A stretch of DNA of 64,000 nt, from assembly GCA_964420555.1 (NCBI GenBank), contig CAYQTT010000002.1:69590-133589 (forward strand), in the 5' to 3' direction. This DNA is from an uncultured Lentimicrobiaceae bacterium (GTDB lineage: Bacteria > Bacteroidota > Bacteroidia > Bacteroidales > UBA4417). Both the position numbers and the translations under genes were made by a program. How positions within the stretch are numbered: position 1 is the stretch's first letter; every line of letters starts with the position of its first letter. This document shows, piece by piece, positions 29,708 through 39,336 of the stretch. The notes below the pieces were generated by a model, which was given only the letters and a program-made list of their open reading frames with translations, did no database searches and was not told where the DNA came from.

Positions 29708-30586
29708 ATGCAACTTCTCACTCCAACGCATTTTGCCGATTATGAACTTATCGATTCCGGCGGTTTCGAAAAGCTCGAACGTTTCGGTTCGTATGCAATT
29801 ATACGCCCTGAACCGCAAGCTATTTGGAACAGATCGATGACAGAAGCAGAATGGGATAAAATGTCGCTGGCTGCCTTTAAACTTGAGAAAAACGATACCG
29901 AAAAAGGCCGTTGGATATTAAAAACAGGGATGCCTGAGCAATGGCGGATTAATTATTCCTACAGGCAGATGAATTTCAACGTCAGGCTTGGACTTACTTC
30001 ATTCCGTCATATCGGTGTTTTTCCCGAGCAGGCTCCAAACTGGGATTTTATCTATGATAATGTGATTTCGTCGAAATCCCCTAATCCTAAAGTACTTAAC
30101 CTGTTTGCATACACAGGTGCAGCTTCGCTGGCTGCGCGCGCGGCCGGAGCCGAAGTGGTGCATGTCGATTCCGTAAAACCCGTTATCACCTGGGCACGCG
30201 AAAATATGGAAAACAGCGGGCTGACGGATATCCGCTGGGTGGTGGAAGATGCACTCAAATTTGTGCAGCGCGAAGTCCGTCGGGGCAATACTTACTCGGG
30301 CATTATTCTCGATCCGCCTGCCTATGGTCGTGGCGCTGATGGCGAAAAATGGATTCTCGATGATAACCTCAACGAAATGATACAACTTTGCAGTAAATTA
30401 CTGCTGCCTGAAAAGAGTTTCCTGATATTAAATATGTATTCAATTGGTTTTTCGGCTCTGGTCGCAAATAATCTGATTAACAGCTATTTCAATCGTGGCG
30501 ATAACAACGAAGCCGGAGAATTGTACCTGCCCGATCGCTTTGGTAAAAAACTTCCGCTGGGAACATTTCTCAGGTTCAGCAGATAA
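29708..30586 (+). CDS. Class I SAM-dependent methyltransferase (RlmI-like catalytic domain, no PUA)
   Basis: It carries 'VLNLFAYTGAASLAAARAGA' (SAM motif I) and 'IILDPPAYGRG' (motif IV). Confidence 0.7.
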   Translation: MQLLTPTHFADYELIDSGGFEKLERFGSYAIIRPEPQAIWNRSMTEAEWDKMSLAAFKLEKNDTEKGRWILKTGMPEQWRINYSYRQMNFNVRLGLTSFRHIGVFPEQAPNWDFIYDNVISSKSPNPKVLNLFAYTGAASLAARAAGAEVVHVDSVKPVITWARENMENSGLTDIRWVVEDALKFVQREVRRGNTYSGIILDPPAYGRGADGEKWILDDNLNEMIQLCSKLLLPEKSFLILNMYSIGFSALVANNLINSYFNRGDNNEAGELYLPDRFGKKLPLGTFLRFSR

Positions 30587-30750
30587 AGATTCTGCATTTG
30601 AGTAAACGCATGAAACCGGTTTTTTAAAATCCGTCTGTTGATTGTTTGCCATTTTTTGATTTTTCGCAATTTTCAGTTTATATCGCCTCGCTACTTCTAC
30701 CCAAACAAAAGTAAATTTCTGTTGTTGAATGGAAATAAACTTTCAGAAGA

Positions 30751-31668
30751 ATGAAATTCAGCTTACTGACCATCTTGCTTTTGGTATCAATAACCAACGG
30801 ATTTACACAGAAAATTAAAATTCAGGATCCGGTACGTTTCCTCGCTCTTGGCGATTCATATACGATTGGTCAAAGTGTTGGTGTTTCTGAACGTTGGCCG
30901 AATCAGTTTGCAGCCGGGTTAACCAACCAGGGTTACAGCATTGAGGAAGTAAATATTATTGCTCAAACAGGTTGGACAACAGCAAACCTTAAAAATGCAA
31001 TCAGTCAGCAACAGCCTTCCGGATATAACCTGGTATCGCTGCTTATCGGTGTAAACAACCAGTTTTCGGGAGGTGATCTGCAAAATTATGCCACTCAGTT
31101 TGAGGAATTGCTGCAACAGGCAATTTACCTTGCAGGTAATAACCCGCATCATGTTTTTGTGCTGTCAATTCCTGATTATGCATACACGCCTTACGGAAAC
31201 GGGAATTCTACTATCAGCACTCAAATTGATCAGTTTAATGCTGTAAATCGGCAAATTACTGAAAGCTATAAAGTTAAGTATGTTAACATAACCCCGATTT
31301 CGAGAAACGGATTAATTCAGCCCGAACTGGTTGCTTCCGACGGACTTCACCCGAGTGGTATTATGTATGGTTATTGGGTGTTGGAAATTATGAAAAGCGT
31401 TGAAAAGGAATTGGATATAAACTATGCTCCAGCTGATGATAACGAGATTTCCTGTATTCTTTCACAACGGAATCTGACAGTTTTTTCTGCGAAAGAAGAA
31501 GGCGAAATTTCTATCTATGATACCAACGGGAAAATGATTCTCACTGAATTTCTTCCAAAAGGCTCAGCAACAGCGCTTAATCTGAATGGTTTAGCTGATG
31601 GAATTTACCTATTAATGATTCGAGATAAGCGTAAAGTCCTTTATAAATCAAAAATTACCTTGCTCTGA
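30751..31668 (+). CDS. SGNH/GDSL hydrolase with T9SS C-terminal sorting domain
   Basis: It has a signal peptide, the GDSL block 'FLALGDSYTIG', 'LIGVNN' and 'DGLHPS'. The last ~75 aa ('ISIYDTNGKMIL...GIYLLMIRDKRKVLYKSKITLL') form a T9SS CTD pattern. Confidence 0.75.
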   Translation: MKFSLLTILLLVSITNGFTQKIKIQDPVRFLALGDSYTIGQSVGVSERWPNQFAAGLTNQGYSIEEVNIIAQTGWTTANLKNAISQQQPSGYNLVSLLIGVNNQFSGGDLQNYATQFEELLQQAIYLAGNNPHHVFVLSIPDYAYTPYGNGNSTISTQIDQFNAVNRQITESYKVKYVNITPISRNGLIQPELVASDGLHPSGIMYGYWVLEIMKSVEKELDINYAPADDNEISCILSQRNLTVFSAKEEGEISIYDTNGKMILTEFLPKGSATALNLNGLADGIYLLMIRDKRKVLYKSKITLL

Positions 31669-31691
31669 GAATGTTTTTTCTTAATGAATGG

Positions 31692-33023
31692 TTACAGCTG
31701 ACTATCAAAACTTCCTGAACCAATCAGTTCGTCATATATTTCGCCCCTCGACCGGTGGTATACCAAAATTGTATATGTATTTCGCGTTACCGAATGGTTT
31801 CCTTCAACCCACGATGCATCGCCTGTTTTTGTTTGATTAGGCAGCAATACATATAAATAATTGTAATAACCTTGTTTGAAAAGGATGCTGGCTTCGTATC
31901 CTTTGCGGCGATAGTTGTACTGCATTTTATTATCTGGAGTATATTGCCAGCAGTTAAATCCACCGGCTACATACAAATTCCCTTCCACAATCGGCGCTTC
32001 ATACGGCAGGAAAAAATTCACAACAACATATTCGCCGTAATTCGAAACCGAAGGTTCGTCATTCGTTTTCAGCAGGAAGCGGCCGTTAATGTCGTCATCT
32101 ATTATATATTCTTTAAAAGTCCTTTTTTCGCTGTCCCAGAGTTTTGCAAAAAACATTGTATCGTTATACGTAATATCACGCACCTTCTCCGAAAGGAATT
32201 TCGTACTCGTAATGTCAAACCGTCTGAATTCGTTCAACCCATCAAACAGATTTGTCCCATTATCGAAATTGTAATCAAGCAAATCGTTGCGGACCATATA
32301 AGGTTTTAAATTATCGAGAGCATTATCCCAACGCCAGTTCTGCAATATCACAACTTTTATATCCTGGTAGGGAGCCTCAATCCGGAATCCAGTTGTGCTT
32401 ATCGCAAAATCAACTTCCTGTTTGGTTTCATAGTCTTCTGAAGTTCCTGCTCGACTGATTTTAGCCGAAAGCGTTACTTTGGGATCAACAATCATAAACC
32501 GGCGTGTAAAAGCATTTATTTCATTTCCATTAGTATCGCGCCAGAAAACCCGTAAAATATAATTGCCTGATTTCTTAAGTATGAACCTGTCATTCGGAAA
32601 TACAAACTTATAATGAGTATATATGGTTCGGGTGTTGAACGACGATTCAAATTCCTCAACCTGACCTTCCTCCAGCCCTTCGAGGTACTCATTCTGCCAT
32701 ATATCGGATTTCTCCCAATTTGCCGAAAAATGCTGTACCTGGTAATAATACTGCTTATAACTGCCCTCCAGATCATCGAAACTGGTGAAAAACTTTTCAT
32801 CCGTGTTTAATGCGATTAGTGGATCGGAAAGCTCAAACCCTACCCGCAAAAACTCAACGGCTTGAATGTAATTCTGATACACATAATTATCGTTTCGAAG
32901 GTAGTTGTCCGAATAAAAATCAGAAGTGTCGGGCTGCGAAATGTATGTTGCACTGAATGATTTTTGCGCTACAAAAAGCATCAGTCCGAGTGTAAGTGCT
33001 TTAATGAAATTTCCGTGATTCAT
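31692..33023 (-). CDS. Secreted DUF5103-like protein (family linked to the T9SS SprA 'plug')
   Basis: 443 aa with a signal peptide and Y/W/N/F-rich beta-sandwich-like sequence. Size and N-terminal 'YSDNYLRNDNYVY...' resemble my memory of DUF5103. This was not verified by search. Confidence 0.4.
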   Translation of the reverse strand: MNHGNFIKALTLGLMLFVAQKSFSATYISQPDTSDFYSDNYLRNDNYVYQNYIQAVEFLRVGFELSDPLIALNTDEKFFTSFDDLEGSYKQYYYQVQHFSANWEKSDIWQNEYLEGLEEGQVEEFESSFNTRTIYTHYKFVFPNDRFILKKSGNYILRVFWRDTNGNEINAFTRRFMIVDPKVTLSAKISRAGTSEDYETKQEVDFAISTTGFRIEAPYQDIKVVILQNWRWDNALDNLKPYMVRNDLLDYNFDNGTNLFDGLNEFRRFDITSTKFLSEKVRDITYNDTMFFAKLWDSEKRTFKEYIIDDDINGRFLLKTNDEPSVSNYGEYVVVNFFLPYEAPIVEGNLYVAGGFNCWQYTPDNKMQYNYRRKGYEASILFKQGYYNYLYVLLPNQTKTGDASWVEGNHSVTRNTYTILVYHRSRGEIYDELIGSGSFDSQL

Positions 33024-33184
33024 TATTCAGTTATAAGTTATGTGTTGTGCAAATGTAAATGATATAACAGAAATTATGCCGGAAAATTATATCTTGGTTC
33101 CGGAAGAAAATGTACTTTTAACATTATATAAATGAAGTGTTGAAAAAAAAAGATATATGAGAATAAAATACATCTAAATTTATC

Positions 33185-33192
33185 TATATTTG
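33185..33192 (+). promoter_or_regulatory. Candidate -7 box (TATATTTG) for the nqr operon
   Basis: It matches TAnnTTTG and lies 42 nt upstream of the nqrA ATG. No good -33 element was found. Confidence 0.35.
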
Positions 33193-33234
33193 CCGTTTTG
33201 TTACTCTACCTAAAATAAGTTTATACTTTACATT

Positions 33235-34575
33235 ATGGCCAACACCATAAGAATTAAAAAGGGCCTCAATATCAATTTGATAGGTGCGGCAAAGAAAGAA
33301 ATTTCCGCTCTCGAAGCCGGATATTATGCGATAAAACCAACTGATTTTTTAGGTGTTTTTCCTCGTTTATCTGTCAAAGAAGGTGATTCTGTTAAAGCAG
33401 GAACGCCGCTTTTTATCGATAAATACCGCGAAAACATCATCTTTACCTCACCGGTAAGCGGTGTAATTGAAGAAATCAGTCGCGGCGATAAGCGTGTTCT
33501 GGAAGAAATCAGGATTAAAGCTGATACAACACCTCAATACGAAGATTTCGGGAAAGCCGATCCATCGAAAACAGATCGCGAAGCTATTATCGAAAAATTA
33601 TTGAAAAGTGGTGTGTGGCCTGTTATAAGGCAACGCCCGTTCAGCATAATCGCTAATCCGGCTGATGCTCCCAAAGGTATTTACGTTTCAGGTTTTGATT
33701 CGGCACCACTGGCTCCCGATAATTCAATGATAGTAACCGAAAGCATTGCTGATTTTCAGGTTGGTATAGATGTTTTATCGAAACTTGCAGGTAGTCCGGT
33801 TAAACTTGGATTGCCTGGTGGCAAAAGTCAATTCCCGAAAGTTAGCAATGCCGAAATAACTTATTTCGAAGGTCCGCACCCCGCAGGAAATGTTGGAATT
33901 CAAATTCATAACACAAAGCCAATAAATAAAGGCGATATCGTTTGGGTGGTAAATGCTCAGGACGTTATCATTATTGGCCGACTATTTTCCAAAGGTATTT
34001 ACGATACAACAATTCTGGTGCCTTTAACAGGTTCGGAAGTTAAAAATCCTAAATATTTCAGGCTTCGTAAAGGTGCTTCGGTACGATCACTTATAAAGGA
34101 CAACCTCAACGAAGGTTCAGTTCGCATCATCAGTGGCAATGTTCTTACCGGAACACGCATAAAACCTGATGGTTACCTTGGATTTTATCAAAACCAGTTT
34201 ACTGTTATCCCTGAAGGAAATTACCACGAGTTCTTCGGTTGGGCACTTCCGGGTTTTGGTAAGTTCAGTTTTTCAAAATCATTTTTCAGCTGGCTGACAC
34301 CAAATCGCGAATACCGCCTGGATACCAATTTTCACGGTGGCGAACGAGCATATGTTATGACAGGAAAATACGAACAGGTTCTGCCAATGGATATTTACCC
34401 GATGCAGCTCATTAAGGCCTGCCTGACTGAGAATATCGAAATGATGGAAAACCTTGGAATATATGAAGTGGACGAAGAAGACTTTGCTCTGGTAGAGTTC
34501 ATTGATACTTCAAAATCCGAAATCCAGCACATTATCCGCAAAGGACTCGATTTAATCCGCAAGGAAATGAGCTGA
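33235..34575 (+). CDS. nqrA: Na+-translocating NADH:quinone oxidoreductase subunit A
   Basis: 446 aa with the N-terminal 'IRIKKGLNINLIGAA' typical of NqrA. It is the first gene of a six-gene nqr cluster. Confidence 0.9.
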   Translation: MANTIRIKKGLNINLIGAAKKEISALEAGYYAIKPTDFLGVFPRLSVKEGDSVKAGTPLFIDKYRENIIFTSPVSGVIEEISRGDKRVLEEIRIKADTTPQYEDFGKADPSKTDREAIIEKLLKSGVWPVIRQRPFSIIANPADAPKGIYVSGFDSAPLAPDNSMIVTESIADFQVGIDVLSKLAGSPVKLGLPGGKSQFPKVSNAEITYFEGPHPAGNVGIQIHNTKPINKGDIVWVVNAQDVIIIGRLFSKGIYDTTILVPLTGSEVKNPKYFRLRKGASVRSLIKDNLNEGSVRIISGNVLTGTRIKPDGYLGFYQNQFTVIPEGNYHEFFGWALPGFGKFSFSKSFFSWLTPNREYRLDTNFHGGERAYVMTGKYEQVLPMDIYPMQLIKACLTENIEMMENLGIYEVDEEDFALVEFIDTSKSEIQHIIRKGLDLIRKEMS

Positions 34576-34636
34576 TAATTTGACAATTTGACAATGAAAT
34601 CTTGAACTTTGAACAAGAAACAAGACACCTGATAAT
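34572..34636. repeat. Short tandem-repeat element in the nqrA-nqrB spacer, flanked by an 8-bp direct repeat
   Basis: The layout is CTGATAAT [TTGACAATTTGACAATGAAATCTTGAACTTTGAACAAGAAACAAGACAC] CTGATAAT. Inside are AATTTGAC x2, TTGAAC x2 and AAGAAAC/AAGACAC. Confidence 0.85.
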
Positions 34637-34673
34637 ATCATCACCACTGAATTAGAAACTACAATATTTATAA

Positions 34674-35840
34674 ATGAAAGCACTACGCAATTATCTTGAC
34701 AAGATAAAGCCGCAATTTAAGGAAGGCGGGAAGTTTGAGAAACTTCACTCAACTTTCGATGCCATTGAGACTTTCCTTTTTGTGCCCGACAAAACTACCT
34801 TCAGGGGAAGCCACATCCGCGATTCCATTGATATGAAACGTACCATGACGGTTGTAATTATCGCTATGTTACCGGCATTGTTATTCGGAATCTGGAACAC
34901 CGGTTACCAGCATTTTCTTTCACTGGGCCAGCAAGCTGATCTAGGGCAAATTATCCTCTATGGTTTTATAAAAGTAATTCCAATAGTCGCTGTATCATAT
35001 ATTGCCGGACTGGGAGTTGAATTTATTTTTGCACAATACCGTGGTCACGAAGTTAACGAAGGCTTTCTGGTTTCAGGTATGCTGATTCCACTGGTAATGC
35101 CGGTTGATGTGCCTCTTTGGATGGTAGCCATTGCAACCATTTTTTCTGTCATAATTGGAAAGGAAGCATTTGGTGGTACAGGAATGAATATTTTTAATCC
35201 TGCATTATTAGCCAGGTCTTTTATATTTTTTGCTTACCCTGCGCAAATTACGGGCGATACCATCTGGACAGGTGGACTTACAAAAGGCGAAGGTGTAATT
35301 GATGGATTTTCGGGTGCAACCCCTTTGTCGAAAGCAGCTTCTGGAGCAATTGATCAGATTCCTTCACTTCACGATCTTTTCTTTGGTTTCATTCCGGGAT
35401 CAATCGGTGAAACATCAAAACTTGCAATCCTTATAGGAGCAGTAATTCTTATTATTACAGGTATCGGAAGCTGGCGAATTATGCTTTCCGGATTGCTGGG
35501 AGGTGTTACAATGACCTTAATTTTCAATGCATTTGCTGCAAATGCTTATATGACGCTTAATCCGCTTACTCAAATAATGATGGGTAGTTTCATGTTTGGT
35601 ATGGTGTTTATGGCAACTGATCCGGTTACTGCTTCACAAACCAACCGTGGTAAATGGATTTATGGTTTCCTGGCAGGTTTCTTTGCCATTATGATCCGTG
35701 TATTTAATCCGGCTTACCCCGAAGGAGTTATGCTCTCCATCCTGCTTATGAATGCTTTTGCACCACTAATCGACTATTACGTGGTTGAAGCCAACATTAA
35801 GAAACGATTGAAGAGAGCAGCAAAACTTGTAAAATCTTAA
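34674..35840 (+). CDS. nqrB: Na+-NQR subunit B
   Basis: It is polytopic, carries the FMN-attachment motif 'DGFSGATPLS', and has 'GTGMNIFNPALLARSFIFFAYPA'. Confidence 0.92.
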   Translation: MKALRNYLDKIKPQFKEGGKFEKLHSTFDAIETFLFVPDKTTFRGSHIRDSIDMKRTMTVVIIAMLPALLFGIWNTGYQHFLSLGQQADLGQIILYGFIKVIPIVAVSYIAGLGVEFIFAQYRGHEVNEGFLVSGMLIPLVMPVDVPLWMVAIATIFSVIIGKEAFGGTGMNIFNPALLARSFIFFAYPAQITGDTIWTGGLTKGEGVIDGFSGATPLSKAASGAIDQIPSLHDLFFGFIPGSIGETSKLAILIGAVILIITGIGSWRIMLSGLLGGVTMTLIFNAFAANAYMTLNPLTQIMMGSFMFGMVFMATDPVTASQTNRGKWIYGFLAGFFAIMIRVFNPAYPEGVMLSILLMNAFAPLIDYYVVEANIKKRLKRAAKLVKS

Positions 35841-35854
35841 TACCGTCGTCCGAT

Positions 35855-36574
35855 ATGCAACATAGCAATAAATATATTTTTATCTATTCCATCATCATGG
35901 TGGTGGTGATAGCGGTCTCACTCACTATCGTGGCCGTTAAGTTGAAACCTGCACAGGAAGATAATATCCGTATCGAAAAAATGCAGAATATACTTTCATC
36001 AGTAAACATTTCTACAGCAGAAATTCCAAAGAAACAGGTAATTGATGTATATCATAAATTCATCAAGATTGCTCTTGGCGTTAACAATAAAGGCGATGTA
36101 GTCGAAAATGATGCTGCTAAGGTTTTTATTATTGAACTGGCTAATGAGCTGAAAAAGCCTATTGAACAGCAAATTCTTCCGGTTTATATTGCAGTACTTG
36201 AAGGTGGTGATTCTGCCTACATTGTTCCATTACGTGGCAAAGGTCTATGGGGCCCGGTTTGGGGTTATATGTCCTTTAAATCAGACTTTAATACCGTTTT
36301 CGGGACCACATTCGACCATAAAGGCGAAACTCCGGGATTGGGTGCTGAAATTAACCAGGATTGGTTCGAGCAACCTTTTATCGGTAAACAGATATTTAAC
36401 GAGGATGGAAAACTGGTTTCAATTTCAATCGTAAAAGGAGGTGCCAAACCGGAAGATATTCATGGTGTTGATGCAATCTCCGGTGGAACAATTACCAGTA
36501 AGGGCGTTGAAAAAATGATGCTCGACAACCTTACTAATTATGAAGCGTACTTTAAAAAACACATGACAAAATGA
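35855..36574 (+). CDS. nqrC: Na+-NQR subunit C
   Basis: It has a single N-terminal TM helix and an FMN-binding domain with 'DAISGGTITSKG'. Confidence 0.9.
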   Translation: MQHSNKYIFIYSIIMVVVIAVSLTIVAVKLKPAQEDNIRIEKMQNILSSVNISTAEIPKKQVIDVYHKFIKIALGVNNKGDVVENDAAKVFIIELANELKKPIEQQILPVYIAVLEGGDSAYIVPLRGKGLWGPVWGYMSFKSDFNTVFGTTFDHKGETPGLGAEINQDWFEQPFIGKQIFNEDGKLVSISIVKGGAKPEDIHGVDAISGGTITSKGVEKMMLDNLTNYEAYFKKHMTK

Positions 36575-37230
36575 GCGAACAGAAGATAGCACAAGAAAAA
36601 GAACCCATGTTCTCGGCTAAAGTTCTTAAGTTGCTTAAGAATCCTTTAAACCTTGAAAACCCTGTTACCGTTCAGGTTTTGGGTATATGCTCAGCACTGG
36701 CTGTTACCGTACAGATGAAACCGGCTATTGTTATGGCTCTTTCAGTTACAGTTGTTACAGCCTTCTCTAACTTGATCATTTCAGCATTGCGCAACACAAT
36801 TCCATCGCGTATTCGCATCATTGTTCAACTTGTAGTTGTAGCAGCACTGGTTATTATTGTTGATCAGTTGCTTAAGGCTTATGTATATGATGTGAGTAAA
36901 AAACTATCCGTTTTTGTTGGTCTCATCATTACCAACTGTATATTAATGGGACGCCTCGAAGCATATGCCATGGCTAATAAACCATGGCCTTCGTTTGTTG
37001 ACGGTATTGGAAATGGTCTGGGTTATGGCTTGATTCTAGTATTGGTTGCATTTTTCCGCGAATTATTCGGCTCCGGTAAATTCATTGGAATACCCGTTAT
37101 TCCCAAGGCCTTTTATGAATTTGGTTATGTGGATAACGGCCTGATGATCCTGCCTCCAATGGCACTTATTACAATTGGAATTATTATTTGGGTTCAACGT
37201 AGTAAAACGAAGGAATTACAGGAAAAGTAA
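36571..37230 (+). CDS. nqrD: Na+-NQR subunit D
   Basis: A 219-aa polytopic RnfE/NqrD-like protein. It overlaps the nqrC stop (ATGA). Confidence 0.9.
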   Translation: MSEQKIAQEKEPMFSAKVLKLLKNPLNLENPVTVQVLGICSALAVTVQMKPAIVMALSVTVVTAFSNLIISALRNTIPSRIRIIVQLVVVAALVIIVDQLLKAYVYDVSKKLSVFVGLIITNCILMGRLEAYAMANKPWPSFVDGIGNGLGYGLILVLVAFFRELFGSGKFIGIPVIPKAFYEFGYVDNGLMILPPMALITIGIIIWVQRSKTKELQEK

Positions 37231-37267
37231 TTAGATGGACTCCTGATTTAGTGATGCGTATTGTCAC

Positions 37268-37294
37268 AAACCAGAAACCGAAACCAGAAAAAAA
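37268..37294. repeat. A/C-rich tandem repeat (AAACCAG AAACCG AAACCAG AAAAAAA) in the nqrD-nqrE spacer
   Basis: Read directly from the sequence. It lies inside a 97-bp gap within an otherwise tightly packed operon. Confidence 0.8.
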
Positions 37295-37327
37295 TAAATT
37301 TAGCAACTCTGTTTACAGAAAAATAAT

Positions 37328-37945
37328 ATGGACAATTTATTCAACCTGTTTGTACGCAGCATCTTCATCGACAATATGATTTTTGCATATTTCCTAGGGA
37401 TGTGTTCGTACCTGGCAGTCTCCAAAACCGTTAAAACATCTGTTGGTTTGGGTATTGCAGTAACCTTTGTTTTATTAGTAACAGCTCCTGTTAACTGGCT
37501 TGTAGATTATTACCTGCTGAAACCAGGTGCTCTTGCATGGCTTAGCGCCGAACTTGCTGATCTTGATCTTAGCTACCTGAGTTTCATGATCTTTATTGCA
37601 GTTATTGCTGCAATAGTGCAGCTTGTCGAGATGATTGTTGAGAAATTCTCACCTTCTCTATACAATGCATTGGGAATATTTCTTCCACTCATAGCTGTAA
37701 ACTGTGCAATCCTTGGTGTAGCGCTTTTCGTTCAGGAGCGTGAGTATACTTCTATCAGCGAAGTTACAGTTTATGCAGTTGGATCAGGGATAGGTTGGTT
37801 TCTTGCAATTGCTACTTTAGCAGCTATCCGTGAGAAAATTACCTATTCAAATATTCCAAAACCTTTACGTGGATTAGGCATCTCATTTATACTAACCGGA
37901 CTCATGGCTATTGCATTCATGAGTTTTATGGGAATAAAAATTTAA
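37328..37945 (+). CDS. nqrE: Na+-NQR subunit E
   Basis: A 205-aa polytopic RnfA/NqrE-like protein ('NCAILGVALF'). Confidence 0.9.
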   Translation: MDNLFNLFVRSIFIDNMIFAYFLGMCSYLAVSKTVKTSVGLGIAVTFVLLVTAPVNWLVDYYLLKPGALAWLSAELADLDLSYLSFMIFIAVIAAIVQLVEMIVEKFSPSLYNALGIFLPLIAVNCAILGVALFVQEREYTSISEVTVYAVGSGIGWFLAIATLAAIREKITYSNIPKPLRGLGISFILTGLMAIAFMSFMGIKI

Positions 37946-37960
37946 AGAATTGTATTCGTT

Positions 37961-39232
37961 ATGATAGCACTTACCATACTGTTTCTAGGCGCTTTATCAG
38001 GCCCTTTAATTGTCGGAACTTTCATATTTCTGATGGTTACAATCATTCTAGTTGTGATGTTGCTGGTTGCAAAAGCAAAACTTGCTCCATCAGGACCGGT
38101 TACAATAATTATAAATGGAGATAAAGAGTTAAATGTCAATGGCGGCTCAACCTTGCTCTCGACTTTATCTGATGCAAAACTATTCCTGCCTTCAGCATGC
38201 GGTGGCGGAGGTACATGCGGAATGTGTAAATGCCAGGTTCACGAAGGTGGTGGGTCGATACTTCCAACGGAGGTTGGCTTTTTTACCCGCAAGCAGATAA
38301 ATGACGACTGGCGCCTTGGATGCCAGGTGAAAGTACGCGAAAGCATGAATATCGAAATTCCCAAAGAAGTTTTCGGTATCAAAAAATGGGAATGTGAAGT
38401 TGTATCGAACGATAACGTTGCAACATTTATTAAAGAATTTGTTGTTAAACTTCCCGAAGGTGAAGTTCTCGATTTCACGAGCGGAGGTTATATCCAGATT
38501 GATGTTCCTAAAATTGATGTTGACTTCCGCACTATGGAAGTTCAGACTGAGTATCGCGAAGATTGGGACAAACTGAAGATGTGGGATCTAAAAATGAAGA
38601 ATCCGGAACCTCTTTACCGTGCTTATTCCATGGCCAACCATCCTGCAGAAGGTAATATCGTTAAATTGAATATCCGTATTGCAACTCCACCTTGGGATCG
38701 TGCAAAAGGACAATTCATGAATGTGAATCCGGGTATTTGTTCCTCATACATTTTCTCGCGCAAACCTGGTGATAAAGTTATGGTAAGCGGTCCTTACGGC
38801 GAATTCCATATTAAGAATACCAAACGCGAAATGATGTTTATCGGTGGTGGTGCCGGAATGGCTCCCTTACGTTCGATGATTTTCGATCAGTTCCTTACCC
38901 AACATACCGATCGTAAAGCCAGTTACTGGTATGGAGCCCGTTCGCTGCGTGAAGTTTTTTATGAGGACGAATTGAGGGATATAGAAAAGAAAAACCCTAA
39001 TTTCAAATTCAACCTCGCCCTCAGTGAACCGATGCCCGAAGATAACTGGTCAGGCTACACCGGTTTTATACACCAGGTGGCACTCGATAACTACCTGAGC
39101 AAACATCCTGAACCGGAAGATATTGAGTATTACCTGTGCGGACCGCCTATGATGAACACGGCTGTTCTTAAAATGCTCGATCAGCTTGGTGTTCCACCCG
39201 AAAATATAGCCCTCGACGATTTTGGAGGTTAA
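37961..39232 (+). CDS. nqrF: Na+-NQR subunit F
   Basis: It has an N-terminal TM helix, the 2Fe-2S motif 'CGGGGTCGMCKC', the FAD motif 'RAYSMAN' and the NAD motif 'GGGAGMAP'. Confidence 0.93.
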   Translation: MIALTILFLGALSGPLIVGTFIFLMVTIILVVMLLVAKAKLAPSGPVTIIINGDKELNVNGGSTLLSTLSDAKLFLPSACGGGGTCGMCKCQVHEGGGSILPTEVGFFTRKQINDDWRLGCQVKVRESMNIEIPKEVFGIKKWECEVVSNDNVATFIKEFVVKLPEGEVLDFTSGGYIQIDVPKIDVDFRTMEVQTEYREDWDKLKMWDLKMKNPEPLYRAYSMANHPAEGNIVKLNIRIATPPWDRAKGQFMNVNPGICSSYIFSRKPGDKVMVSGPYGEFHIKNTKREMMFIGGGAGMAPLRSMIFDQFLTQHTDRKASYWYGARSLREVFYEDELRDIEKKNPNFKFNLALSEPMPEDNWSGYTGFIHQVALDNYLSKHPEPEDIEYYLCGPPMMNTAVLKMLDQLGVPPENIALDDFGG

Positions 39233-39240
39233 TTAAACTA

Positions 39241-39268
39241 AGCCGGCTTTATAGCCGGTTTTTTTTAT
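39241..39268 (+). terminator. Rho-independent terminator after nqrF
   Basis: The hairpin AGCCGGCT-ttat-AGCCGGTT is followed by an 8-T run, 9 nt after the stop. Confidence 0.6.
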
Positions 39269-39336
39269 TATTTTCGCCCTTTAGATGCGGTTTTGCCATC
39301 TTGAATTCTTCTTTCCACAATTTTATAAAAGTGTAT

